Below, piece after piece: positions 51,331-61,156 of a DNA stretch of 64,000 nucleotides (the stretch's first letter is position 1; each line of letters begins with the position of its first letter). The notes under the pieces were generated by a model that saw only the letters and a program-made list of their open reading frames with translations, searched no databases and had not been told where the DNA came from. The translations under genes and the position numbers were made by a program. Where the stretch lies: positions 960,001 through 1,024,000 of the forward strand of contig CAWHAE010000009.1 of assembly GCA_963827235.1 (NCBI GenBank), written 5' to 3'. The stretch comes from an uncultured bacterium. Lineage in GTDB: Bacteria > Chloroflexota > UBA5177 > JANWHV01.

Positions 51331-53241
51331 ATGAACCACCTGCAGCTTCAGAACATTCTTGCACAGATAAGAAGGCTCAAAGTCGGTATCATCGGCGACT
51401 TCTGCCTTGATGCCTACTGGATCATCGATGAGAACCGGCGTGAGCCCTCGCTCGAAACCGGCATTCCGACAACACCAATAACAACGCAGCGGTACTCCCT
51501 CGGCGGCGCCGGCAACGTCGCGAGCAACCTCGTGGCGATGGGCGTAGACATCGTACTGGCGTTCGGAATTATCGGAAACGATCCCTTCGGCGTCGAGATG
51601 CTACGGGTCATGGAACAGACAGGAAGCATTGAGACCCACGGCATGGTTGTTCAGGACAACCAGTGGTCTACCAACGTCTACATTAAGCCCTACCTCAATG
51701 CAAACGAACAGAGCCGTATCGATTTTGGCGGTGCAAACTGCCTGGCTCGGTCAGCCGCCGATTCATTGCTAAATAGGATCGAGGATGCAATAGCAGCCCT
51801 GGACGTCGTGCTCATCAATCAGCAGGTTACCGGTACAATCGACGATGCGTATCTGCGGACCAAACTTGTTAACCTCATTGCACGCAACCCTACTACGATG
51901 TTCCTTGTTGACAGCCGAAGCTTCAGCGATGCATTCGATGGCACATGCCGCAAGCTGAACGATCTGGAAGCGGCAGCGTTGTGCGGCATAAAGAAGAACC
52001 CCGGCGACACTATCCTCTATTCCGAAGTCATCGAAGCCGCGTCCCAGCTGCACCGGCGATGGAAGAAGCCCATGTTCATCACACGGGGCGCCCGGGGATG
52101 TATTGCAGTCGACAGCACCGGAAGGTGCCACGAGATACAGGGCCTCTTGACTCTCTCCCGGATCGACACAGTAGGCGCCGGTGACAGCTTTCTTGCAGGA
52201 GCGGCTTCGGCACTTGCGGTCGGTTGCGATATGGCTGAGGCGGCTGAGCTAGGGAACATCGTCGCAGGCGTTACGGTGCAAAAGTTACTTCAGACCGGTA
52301 CGGCCACTCCCGCTGAGATTCTCGCGATAGGCAGAGACCCCGACTACATCTACAGACCGGAACTCGCCGCCGATGTTCGTGGCGCGCACTATCTCGAAGG
52401 CACTGAGATCGAGATAATCAGCCCGCCGGCTGCCAACCTCACAGTCAGACATGCAATCTTCGATCATGACGGAACAATTTCCACACTCCGAGAAGGATGG
52501 GAAGGCATCATGGAGCCGATGATGCTGCGCGCCGTCCTGGGATCAAGGTACTTTGATGCCGATGTGGCACTCCTTGATAAGGTAAGACTTCGGGTAAAGG
52601 ACTATATCGACAAGACTACAGGTATACAGACTTTGGTCCAGATGAAAGGGCTTGTCGGTATCATCCAGGAGTTCGGCTGTGTGCCCCAGGATCAGATGCT
52701 TGATGAGTTTGGGTACAAGAGAATCTACAATGACGAGTTGCTGAACGTCGTACGAGAACGAGAAGGAAAGCTGGAAAGGCAGGAGTTGTCTGTTGACGAC
52801 TTCACAGTAAAGAACGCCGTTCGACTGCTTCGCCACCTTTACGATAGAGGCGTTCGGTTGTATCTGGCAAGTGGTACCGATGAGGAGGACGTAAGGCGCG
52901 AGGCAAGGATACTCGGATATGATCACTTCTTTGAGGGTAGGATATACGGCGCTGTGGGTGACATCGCAAAGGAAGCAAAGAAGCTTGTGCTAGAAAGGAT
53001 TCTTCAGGATATTGGGCCCGAATCGGCGAGGAACATCGTGACGTTCGGCGATGGGCCTGTTGAGATCCGTGAGACTGTGAAGCGCGGAGGCTTCACTATC
53101 GGGGTCGCAAGTGATGAAGTCAAACGATTCGGACTGAACATGAAGAAGAGGGAGCGATTGATCAGAGCCGGCGCATCGGTGATCGTTCCGGACTTTTCTC
53201 AGCTATCCTCATTGCTCTCGCTTATTGGCATCACGCTATAG
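51331..53241 (+). CDS. PfkB/HldE-like sugar kinase fused to a HAD-family hydrolase
   Basis: IGDFCLDAY, GGAGNVASN, ITRGARG and DTVGAGD. Second domain FDHDGTIS, LASGT, FGDGPVE. Confidence 0.88.
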   Translation: MNHLQLQNILAQIRRLKVGIIGDFCLDAYWIIDENRREPSLETGIPTTPITTQRYSLGGAGNVASNLVAMGVDIVLAFGIIGNDPFGVEMLRVMEQTGSIETHGMVVQDNQWSTNVYIKPYLNANEQSRIDFGGANCLARSAADSLLNRIEDAIAALDVVLINQQVTGTIDDAYLRTKLVNLIARNPTTMFLVDSRSFSDAFDGTCRKLNDLEAAALCGIKKNPGDTILYSEVIEAASQLHRRWKKPMFITRGARGCIAVDSTGRCHEIQGLLTLSRIDTVGAGDSFLAGAASALAVGCDMAEAAELGNIVAGVTVQKLLQTGTATPAEILAIGRDPDYIYRPELAADVRGAHYLEGTEIEIISPPAANLTVRHAIFDHDGTISTLREGWEGIMEPMMLRAVLGSRYFDADVALLDKVRLRVKDYIDKTTGIQTLVQMKGLVGIIQEFGCVPQDQMLDEFGYKRIYNDELLNVVREREGKLERQELSVDDFTVKNAVRLLRHLYDRGVRLYLASGTDEEDVRREARILGYDHFFEGRIYGAVGDIAKEAKKLVLERILQDIGPESARNIVTFGDGPVEIRETVKRGGFTIGVASDEVKRFGLNMKKRERLIRAGASVIVPDFSQLSSLLSLIGITL

Positions 53242-53251
53242 GAGCCTTGCT

Positions 53252-54376
53252 ATGCCGTACCCCGAGATAAGCCGGACTGATCTCGTGATAAAGAAACTGA
53301 GTGAGCGTAAGAACAAGGTTCTGATCGCAAGGGATCATGTTCCAGTTGCATCGGCTCCCAGGGCTCTCTCCATCCAGAGTCGGGAGCTGGTGAGAAAGGC
53401 CGCGGACAGGATCCGTAGAGCCCGGGATGCCGGCAGCTCGGTTATGCTGACGTTCGGTGCGCATACAATCAAGAACGGTATGGCTCCAACTCTGATCGCA
53501 CTGATCAAGGACGGCTGGGTCACGCATTTGGCTACGAATGGGGCCGGTATTATCCATGATTGGGAATTCGCGTTTCAGGGAATGTCTAGCGAGGATGTCA
53601 GGTCGAATGTCCATGACGGTCAGTTTGGTATCTGGGATGAGACTGGGTACTTCATCAATCTCGGCCTGATTGTCGGCGCGTTTGAGGGTCTTGGGTATGG
53701 CGAATCGATCGGCAGGATGATCTCTCGGGAGTGCCTCGAGATACCTGATGTCAGGGATCTTTACGCTGAGATCGATCGAATCAAGCTCACCGATCCCGAT
53801 AGGTGCGCGGCCATATTCGACTTACTCAGTACTCTAGCTTCATTCAACCTCAACTGCGGCTCTCTGAAGATCCCTCACCCGTACAAGCAGTATTCCATTC
53901 AGGCGTCGGCATATGAGTTGAAGATACCGTTTACCGGGCATCCAATGTTCGGTCACGATATCATTTACAATCATCCGATGAATTCTGGCGCGGCCATTGG
54001 CCGGACTGCGCTCAGGGACTTCCTGTGCTTTGCCGAGAGTGTAACAGGGCTTGAAAGGGGAGTATATCTGTCGGTTGGCTCTGCAGTGATGTCGCCGATG
54101 ATCTTTGAGAAGTCACTTTCGATGGCGCAGAATCTGGCGATCCAGCACGGAAAGCGCATTGAGAACCACTACATGCTGGTCGTTGACCTTGCCGAGGCGA
54201 ACTGGGACTGGCATCGCGATGGTGAGCCGCCGGTCAACCATGCCGCCTACTATTTGCGATACTGCAAGACGTTCAGCCGAATGGGCGGGGAGATGGACTA
54301 TCTGACAATGGATAACCGGGATTTTCTGCTGGCGTTGCATCAAGAGCTGCAAGGTGGCGAAGGTGGAGCTGTATAG
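53252..54376 (+). CDS. Conserved hypothetical protein, deoxyhypusine-synthase-like fold suspected
   Basis: AGGAG RBS. FGAHTIKNG, HLATNGAGIIHDWE, GHDIIY and SVGSAVMSP. The family assignment is from memory. Confidence 0.65.
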   Translation: MPYPEISRTDLVIKKLSERKNKVLIARDHVPVASAPRALSIQSRELVRKAADRIRRARDAGSSVMLTFGAHTIKNGMAPTLIALIKDGWVTHLATNGAGIIHDWEFAFQGMSSEDVRSNVHDGQFGIWDETGYFINLGLIVGAFEGLGYGESIGRMISRECLEIPDVRDLYAEIDRIKLTDPDRCAAIFDLLSTLASFNLNCGSLKIPHPYKQYSIQASAYELKIPFTGHPMFGHDIIYNHPMNSGAAIGRTALRDFLCFAESVTGLERGVYLSVGSAVMSPMIFEKSLSMAQNLAIQHGKRIENHYMLVVDLAEANWDWHRDGEPPVNHAAYYLRYCKTFSRMGGEMDYLTMDNRDFLLALHQELQGGEGGAV

Positions 54377-54378
54377 CG

Positions 54379-55520
54379 GTGCGGCGTCTGGCGGCTATAT
54401 ATCCTGGCCGCATCCCTGTTCTACTTGCTCCCCGCGCACAGCATTGGCGCATCAGCGGTTCGTGCGGAAGCCGGCTACCAGCGCAGCGAAGCCACGGTGT
54501 TTCAACAGGCCATGGCTGCGCTGCCGATGACGACGACCTTCGCCACGTTCACCGACTGGGCGCTGATCAAGCAGTATGACGATGCGGCCCAGCTGACCAG
54601 CGCCAGTTCTGCGGCAGCCCAGCGCAGGGTCTTTGCCGATCCGCGGCAAGCATATACCTACGCGCTCGGCCTCGATGACCTGACCCTCGAGCCTCAGGCT
54701 TAGGCCCGGGATTGGTCGTGGGGCCTTCTGGACCTGCTCTGGGCGGCAGACGTGCAGGAGACGATCGGCGATTCCGGGACCGGTGCCAGCATCCTGCGGT
54801 TCCGGGAGGACTTCGATTTCGCACCCGTCATCGCCCACTACGCACGGCGCAAGTTCGCCAAGGCAACGTACAGCGGCGCCACCATCTACACGCAGTCGCC
54901 GGCTGCCCTCGGCTTCGGCCCCTCGGCGCTGGCGGTGTCGAACACGGCGATCGACCAGGCGCGGCATATCATGGTGGTGTCCGGCAACCTCCAGACGCTG
55001 CACGCGCTCATCGACGCCTACCGGGGGCACTGCGCCCGGGCTCGCTGGCCTGCCAACGGCAAGCGACACGATCGCGGGTCTCGGTGCGCTCGCGTCCGGC
55101 GCGTTGCTGCAGCCGGCGTCGTCGGCCTGCCAGAACAACCTGCCATCGCTTTCCGTCAGCGGCGAGCTCGATACATACAAGAAGGCGTTCCTCAAGCTGC
55201 TGCAATTGCGCTCGCACTTGCACCTGATCGACGCGCTCGGCATCGGATACCGGTACGAGGGCAGCGAGGCCGTCATCGTCGTCTCTTTGCAATTCGGCAG
55301 CGCTGCCGATGCCAAAGCAGACCCGTATGTTCGGCGCTCGCTCGCACAGCAAGGCATCAGCCAGTCCTCTGGCAAGCCGTACAGCCAGTTGTTCTCGCTG
55401 CAGAGCGTCTCGGTCGTGGGCAGCAGCCTGGTCCTGCGCCTGTATCCCGTGCAGAACCGGCCCAGTATCGTCTTCCAGTTGCTCGACAACAGGGACCTAC
55501 TCTTCGCGATGTGCCCGTAG
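54379..55520 (+). pseudogene. Secreted hypothetical protein broken by two frameshifts and one TAG
   Basis: Frame change in TATATAT (54396-54402) within the signal peptide, in-frame TAG at 54701, and a frame change at G5 (55023-55027). The pieces are ORFs 54379, 54425, 54752 and 54783. Confidence 0.65.
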
Positions 55521-55843
55521 AGCGCCGGCGGTGCACGCCGATGTTTACGCCGCCGTCGTGCCTCTTCGAGCCGGTGTCGCCGGGTCGTTGTCATATGCTT
55601 CGTAGTCGACAAGCGAATTGAGGCCCTGGCCGGACAGCAGAAAGCCCACCTTAAAGTAGGCTGCCTGCGCGCTGGACGGGGTGCGCCAGGACCCTGCGTG
55701 CGGGACGTCTTCGCGGCGGTGGTGGTCTACGCGAACGGCGAGGATGCACGGCCGTGGTGGGCGTTCACGCCGGCGCGCAAGGCCCGTGATGGGCAGATAA
55801 CCGGAAGAGGCAGAACGGGAGCGTGCTGACGCTCCGGCCGGGA

Positions 55844-56062
55844 TCACGGCCGATAGCCGGCGTCCATCCACTGCCGGAACAACGCTACACGCTCGGGCGG
55901 CCAGGCACCATCACAGGGCATGTCGCCGCTGGCGAGCTGTGCATGGATGGCGTCGGCATGGTCGCGCACGGCCGCATAATCGCTCAAGTCGAAGGCATAC
56001 CGCATTGCCTGTACGTCCCGATCGCGGAATAGGGGACGAATATCCTGCGCAAAGCCTGGCAC
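55844..56062 (-). CDS. Small conserved hypothetical protein
   Basis: GAGAGGAG RBS plus GTG. FAQDIRPLFR..DLSDY..MPCDGAW..LFRQWMDAG. Confidence 0.75.
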   Translation of the reverse strand: MPGFAQDIRPLFRDRDVQAMRYAFDLSDYAAVRDHADAIHAQLASGDMPCDGAWPPERVALFRQWMDAGYRP

Positions 56063-56662
56063 GACCGCACTCCTCTCGATCTCCAAGACGAAATACCGAT
56101 TGTCGAACTGCCGGAGCATGCCTCTGGGCGTATGCCCGAGTCTTCCCTTGATCATTGTGACAGTTATTTGTTCAGACGGTCAGGAAGGGCGCAGGACTTG
56201 GCGTCCAATGATAGGACACGGTCATTCGCAGGCGCGGCTGCTGCCTGTTTGGGCCACCAGACGATGATTGCGGCCCCTGTGGTTGGCCGGACGGTGAGAT
56301 ATTCACGCTTTGCTTCCTGTGTCAACGGTTCTGGGTGCATTTCCGCTTCTAGGGGTGTCATCGAGCAGGTGCTGGCAGCCAGCAGCGTACCGGCAACGGT
56401 TTGATAGTCTCGCCGGGCAAACCCCGTGCGATTGCATAGACAGCCGCCGCGGCGCCAGACATCCTTGGGACATCTGCTACGTGCTGGCAGCGCCAAGAGC
56501 GGATCAGCACGCCGTGGACGCATAGCCAGTGCGGAACATTGCAGCAGGGCTCACCGACCTCGATTCGTGCGCTTAACTGCTCGCAGTGCGAGAATAGACG
56601 GCGTATGCGGTCCGGAGAACATGGCACCGTTGGGCGACGTGTAAGGATAAGAGGTGCGGTCT

Positions 56663-57088
56663 ATGGAGCACTCGGAGGTCATCAAGGAGATCTACCAGCG
56701 CAGCTACGAGATGTACTCGAGCGGCGATGCCGCCGTCACGGCCCGTTTCGTCTCCCGCCATCCGGGCGCGCTGATCCTTGGCACCGATCCGGCGGAATGG
56801 ATCGAGGGCGCGGACCAGATTGTCGACGTTATCCCAACCTACGCCCCGATACTGGGCCAAGCCGGCATCACCCTCCGTCCGGGCGAATGCCGCGCTTACG
56901 TTGAGGGGAACGTCGGCTGGGTCATCGACAACCCGGCATTCACGCGGAATGGGCGCCAGTATCTGTGCCGTGCAACAACGATCCTCCATCAGGAGGAGGG
57001 CGGATGGAAGATCGTGCATCAGCATTTCTCCTTCGGCGTTTCAAACGACGAGGTGGAGGTTTTCAAGGACGTAGCGGCGTCGCCGTAG
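56663..57088 (+). CDS. SnoaL-like / NTF2-family protein
   Basis: LGTDPAEWIEG, RATTILHQEEGGWKIVHQHFS. Confidence 0.85.
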   Translation: MEHSEVIKEIYQRSYEMYSSGDAAVTARFVSRHPGALILGTDPAEWIEGADQIVDVIPTYAPILGQAGITLRPGECRAYVEGNVGWVIDNPAFTRNGRQYLCRATTILHQEEGGWKIVHQHFSFGVSNDEVEVFKDVAASP

Positions 57089-57305
57089 CTCTGCGGCACG
57101 GCCTGGGGCTGCGTCCGGATCTTGCGGTCGGCGAGGGTGAACAGGAGGGCGACGGCACTGACGCCGATCATGATCAGGGCGATGACGTGCAAACGGTGAT
57201 CGGTGACGCTCGTGTGAGAGACAATGCTGATCATGGCCGAGGAGGCGCTGGAGCCGAGGTAGCTGAAGGTACGGAACAGACCCGAGGCGGCGCCGACTGA
57301 CGCAG
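57019..57305 (-). pseudogene. C-terminal fragment of an MFS transporter
   Basis: VGAASGLFRTFSYLGSSASSAMISIV..LHVIALIMIGVSAVALLFTLADR. No upstream body is present. Confidence 0.6.
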
Positions 57306-58001
57306 TTTCCTCTTGCTGGATCCACGACGATTCTACGGGAGAGGGCCAGTCCGTAATAGGGTGGAAGAATTGGGTCCGACGGCTCGCTCGGGCAAGACGC
57401 GGGGCGTGCGCGGGCAGTGCGGAACACGTGTCAATACTCGTGCTGACGAGGCGAGCGCGCGCTGGCTGGGTTCACCGCTCGGCGGCGCAGCGTCGTCAAT
57501 TCGGATCCAGGTTTGAGCCGCGGACCCCGGCTAGAAGCAGTCTGAGCACTTGACCCCCGGCTCCACTGCGGTGCCGAATCACCCATATGGGTCTGCCGTA
57601 CCCGGTGGAAGCTCCACTGCTTTGGGCTCACCGGCTGAGCCAGAGCTGTTCGGAGGACCGCGGCACACCCACAGGCATTCTCCTCTGGTGCGGCGATCCT
57701 GCGCCGAGCTCGTTTTCTGACGACCTATACCACGGGACGTAGTACCATGTGGAGCATAGGCCGCCCGTGCCGGCGTCCCCGCGCGGGGGCGCGGGGCGCA
57801 GCATGCGGACGCCTGGGTCGCCGTCCCGGCGAGGCGGGGACGCGTCCCGACGCGCCGGCGAGCATGCTCACGTGGTTGATGGGCACCACGGCACGCTCAG
57901 CCACGATGCCTGGACCGTCGAGTGGGCGGTCATCGTATCGTGTCCCGTAGCGGGCGCTCGCGACATGAGTGCGCCAGTGGGGCTGAGTTGCTGCGGGGAG
58001 C

Positions 58002-58982
58002 TTGGGCGAGCCCCGGGGCCCACGAGGCGGTTGCGGCGCAGTGCAGGTCAACCTGGATGTCCCCAATGAAAGTGAACCAGTGAATCACAACGAGGCCAAG
58101 AACAGCAGTATCGACGGCGAGGAGCGGCGAGACGGTGTGCTCAGCAGTGCCGGCATGGCGCCGGCTCCTGAAGTACGCGAGGAAGCAGCGCCCCGTGCTC
58201 CCACGGCACGGAGGATGCGCATCCCTGCGCGCCACAACGCGAAGCTCAGTCAGATCGTAGACCGCATGAACGACGATATCGAGCTGCAACAGCTCTGGAA
58301 GTGTGCCAACGTCACGGCGGTTGAGCGACTCACCATGTCCGACCACGGGCCGGTCCACGTGCGGATCGTGACCAACATTGCCCTGCGCTTGCTCCGCCTG
58401 CTGGCCGAGGCAAACATCGCATTCGGCATCGTGCGCGACTTTGCTATGCAGTCAGACGATGCCGAGGTCGTGGTGGTGTTGGCAGCCTCGATGCATGACG
58501 TCGGCATGAGCATTCACCGGCCCAATCACGAGCAATACAGCTTGATGCTCGCCGCTCCAATTATCAGAAGGCTGCTCACGGGCATTTATGAAGAGCCTGA
58601 GCGCACCATCGTGACGAGTGAGACGCTGCACGCCATCATCAGCCATCGTTCTGACATGCGTGGCCTCACTGCCGAGGCGGGCTGTGTGAAGGTGGCGGAC
58701 GCGCTGGACATGGCCGAGGGCCGATCCCGCATCGGCTTCCAGACCGGCAAGATCGACGTGCACTCGCTCTCGGCCGCGGCGATCGACACGGTCACCATTC
58801 AGCGCGGTGAGCATCGGCCGATCGGCATTAGCGTGGCGATGAACAATTCAGCCGGTATTTTCCAGCTTGACGAGCTCCTCAAACCCAAGATCGCGACGTC
58901 GGGAATCGCCGAGTATATCGAGGTACATGCGAGCATCGAGGGCGAGACCGAGCGACGACTGCTGCCCGTGTACAACCTCTGA
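58002..58982 (+). CDS. HD-superfamily phosphohydrolase (start uncertain)
   Basis: MSDHGPVH, MHDVGMSIHR, HAIISH and VADALDMAEGRSR. Confidence 0.88.
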   Translation: MGEPRGPRGGCGAVQVNLDVPNESEPVNHNEAKNSSIDGEERRDGVLSSAGMAPAPEVREEAAPRAPTARRMRIPARHNAKLSQIVDRMNDDIELQQLWKCANVTAVERLTMSDHGPVHVRIVTNIALRLLRLLAEANIAFGIVRDFAMQSDDAEVVVVLAASMHDVGMSIHRPNHEQYSLMLAAPIIRRLLTGIYEEPERTIVTSETLHAIISHRSDMRGLTAEAGCVKVADALDMAEGRSRIGFQTGKIDVHSLSAAAIDTVTIQRGEHRPIGISVAMNNSAGIFQLDELLKPKIATSGIAEYIEVHASIEGETERRLLPVYNL

Positions 58983-58989
58983 CGGCGAT

Positions 58990-59265
58990 GGTCACCAGCC
59001 GCCCGGTGGCGTCGTGCGGCTCCACGACCTCATCTACGACTTCCAGCCCGCCGACGCAGCAGAGGTCTTCGGCCGCTGGCTCGATGCCGCTGCGCAAGAC
59101 GCGGCAAGTGGCTATACCTGCGACGACTTTGCCACGCATATTCGCACTGAACACAGCACCTTCCGGTGGCTGTTCGAGCCCATGCTCGCCGCCGCAGGGC
59201 TCGACGTCGTGACTGCCCACTTTGACCGCTCGGTGGATGGAGCCTATACGTGCGTGAAGCGCTGA
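58990..59265 (+). pseudogene. C-terminal fragment of a class I SAM-dependent methyltransferase
   Basis: PGGVVRLHDLIY..EHSTFRWLFEPMLAAAGL..AYTCVKR. The SAM-binding N-terminus is missing. Confidence 0.55.
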
Positions 59266-59442
59266 ACCGTCTATGGTCAGGTACCGCGGCCGCGATGAGT
59301 CGCGCTCGAGCGTCACATGGGGCTGTCCGGCGCCGGCTTTGAGCCCGCGGCGTGCACGTCATCGTGGCCACGGTCCAAGCTGGTTGGGCACCCCTCGGCG
59401 GTGAGGCGGCCGCCGGCCGCTAGGCGAGAACTGTCACGCATC

Positions 59443-59490
59443 TTGCGGAGCACACGATCTCGTGCTAGGATGATAGAAATCGATTTCTAT
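59443..59490 (+). promoter_or_regulatory. Promoter plus LacI-type operator upstream of the sugar ABC operon
   Basis: TTGCGG (59443-59448), 17 bp spacer, TG-extended TAGGAT (59466-59471). Perfect 18-bp palindrome ATAGAAATCGATTTCTAT at 59473-59490. Confidence 0.8.
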
Positions 59491-59709
59491 GTGGACCCGG
59501 CGGCGGTGAGATGAGTTGTTGAATGCATGCACCGCTATGTTGGCGTCACACAGAGAGAAAGGAGGCAACAGGTCTTTGCTACGTCCGAATCATGGGTCAG
59601 CTCCCTGCGTGGCTCGGCTTCAGGACTCGCTGACGAGCAGGTCGAGCCGGCGAGAGCACAGCGTGATTCGGCCAAAGGAGTGCATTGTCCGCTACTGAGG
59701 AAGAAGGAG

Positions 59710-61068
59710 ATGACGTTGAAGTCCAGCACGTTTCTCGTGTCAGCGTTACTGACCACGGCCACGGTGCTTTCACTGACCCCGGCGCTTCCGGCCACTGTCC
59801 ATGCCGCCAGGGTGGCGGATAGCGCGACACTCAATGCGCCTGCCGTGCCCAACGCCGCCGCGCTGAAAGCCAAGTACGGCGGCACCAGCATCACCTACGT
59901 GGGCGGCTCGGTCGGCAGTGACCATAACCGCGACCTCATTCTCGCCGCGGAGTTCACCAAGGACACGGGCATCGGGGTCAACATCGTCGAGGGTGCTGCT
60001 TCGTCCACCGACCACTACTCCCAGCTGGTGCGCAACTTCCAGGGCAAGTCGAGCGCCTTCGACGTGATGGTGATCGACGTGATCTGGCCGGGCGCCTTTG
60101 CTCCCTACCTGGTGGACCTCAAGTCCTACTTCAGCAGTGCCGAGATCGCACGGCAGGCACCGGGCATCGTCGCCAACGACACGGTGGGCGGTCACCTGGT
60201 CGCCATGCCCTGGTTCGGCGATTTCGGCATCCTCTACTATCGCACCGACCTGCTCAAGAAGTACGGCTTCAGCGCGCCACCCACCACCTGGGACCAGCTC
60301 ACCACGATGGCCACGACCATCGCGACGGGCGAGCGCAAGTCCAACGCGAACTTTTCCGGTTTCGTCTTCCAGGGCGACTCCTACGAGGGCCTGACCTGTG
60401 ACGCACTCGAATGGCTGGCCTCCAGCGGCACGCCCGGCTTCATCGTGAATGGCAAGGCGGATCTGAACAACCCAGCCTTCATCAAGATGCTCACCCTGGT
60501 GAAGGGCTGGGTGGGCACGATCAGCCCGCGCGGCGTCACCAGCATGGAGGAGGAGGGGGCCCGCAATATCTTCGACTCCGGCAACGCGGCGTTCATGCGC
60601 AACTGGCCCTATGCGTACGCCCTATCCGCGGCCAAGGGCAGCAAAGTCGCCGGCAAGTTTGACGTGACCACGCTCCCCGCCGAGCCGGGCAGCAAGCCGG
60701 TAGGCACCGTCGGTGGCTGGCAGTTGGCCGTGTCCAAGTACTCCAAGAACATCCCTGCCTCGGTGGAGTTCGTGCGCTATCTGACCAGCCCGGCGGTCGA
60801 GAAGTTCGATGCCCTGTTTGCCAGCTACGTGCCGACCATCGCCTCGGTGGCCAACGACGCCACCGTGCGCGCCGCGAACCCCTATCTGAAGCCCGCCATT
60901 GCCAACGTCATGCGCGTGGCACGGCCGGCCGGTCTGCTGGGCATCAACTACCAGCAGGCCTCGACAGACATCTATCAGGGCATCAACCAGGTGCTCAACG
61001 GCTCGAATCCCTCCTCCGTGCTGCCGGGGATCGACAGCAAGCTGAACGCCCTGATGGCCAAACACTAG
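59710..61068 (+). CDS. Sugar ABC substrate-binding protein (trehalose/maltose-type)
   Basis: DVIWPG, AMPWFGDFGILYYRTDLL, YEGLTCDALEW, FMRNWPYAY and GGWQLAVS. Confidence 0.92.
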   Translation: MTLKSSTFLVSALLTTATVLSLTPALPATVHAARVADSATLNAPAVPNAAALKAKYGGTSITYVGGSVGSDHNRDLILAAEFTKDTGIGVNIVEGAASSTDHYSQLVRNFQGKSSAFDVMVIDVIWPGAFAPYLVDLKSYFSSAEIARQAPGIVANDTVGGHLVAMPWFGDFGILYYRTDLLKKYGFSAPPTTWDQLTTMATTIATGERKSNANFSGFVFQGDSYEGLTCDALEWLASSGTPGFIVNGKADLNNPAFIKMLTLVKGWVGTISPRGVTSMEEEGARNIFDSGNAAFMRNWPYAYALSAAKGSKVAGKFDVTTLPAEPGSKPVGTVGGWQLAVSKYSKNIPASVEFVRYLTSPAVEKFDALFASYVPTIASVANDATVRAANPYLKPAIANVMRVARPAGLLGINYQQASTDIYQGINQVLNGSNPSSVLPGIDSKLNALMAKH

Positions 61069-61107
61069 GCGACCCAGCGCGCGGCACCTAGCGTCCCACG
61101 TTGATAC

Positions 61108-61139
61108 GCCGGGACTGGAAGGCAGCTTCCAGTCCCGGC
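61108..61139 (+). other. 14-bp perfect intergenic stem-loop (mRNA-stabilising or partial terminator)
   Basis: GCCGGGACTGGAAG-GCAG-CTTCCAGTCCCGGC between the SBP and permease genes. Confidence 0.7.
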
Positions 61140-61156
61140 CAGTGCCCGGAGGGGAC

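Noticed and set aside
59325-59355. GGCTTTGAGCCCGCG, faintly like a reverse tRNA T-arm
   Set aside because: No cloverleaf can be built. I found no tRNA or rRNA genes in the window.
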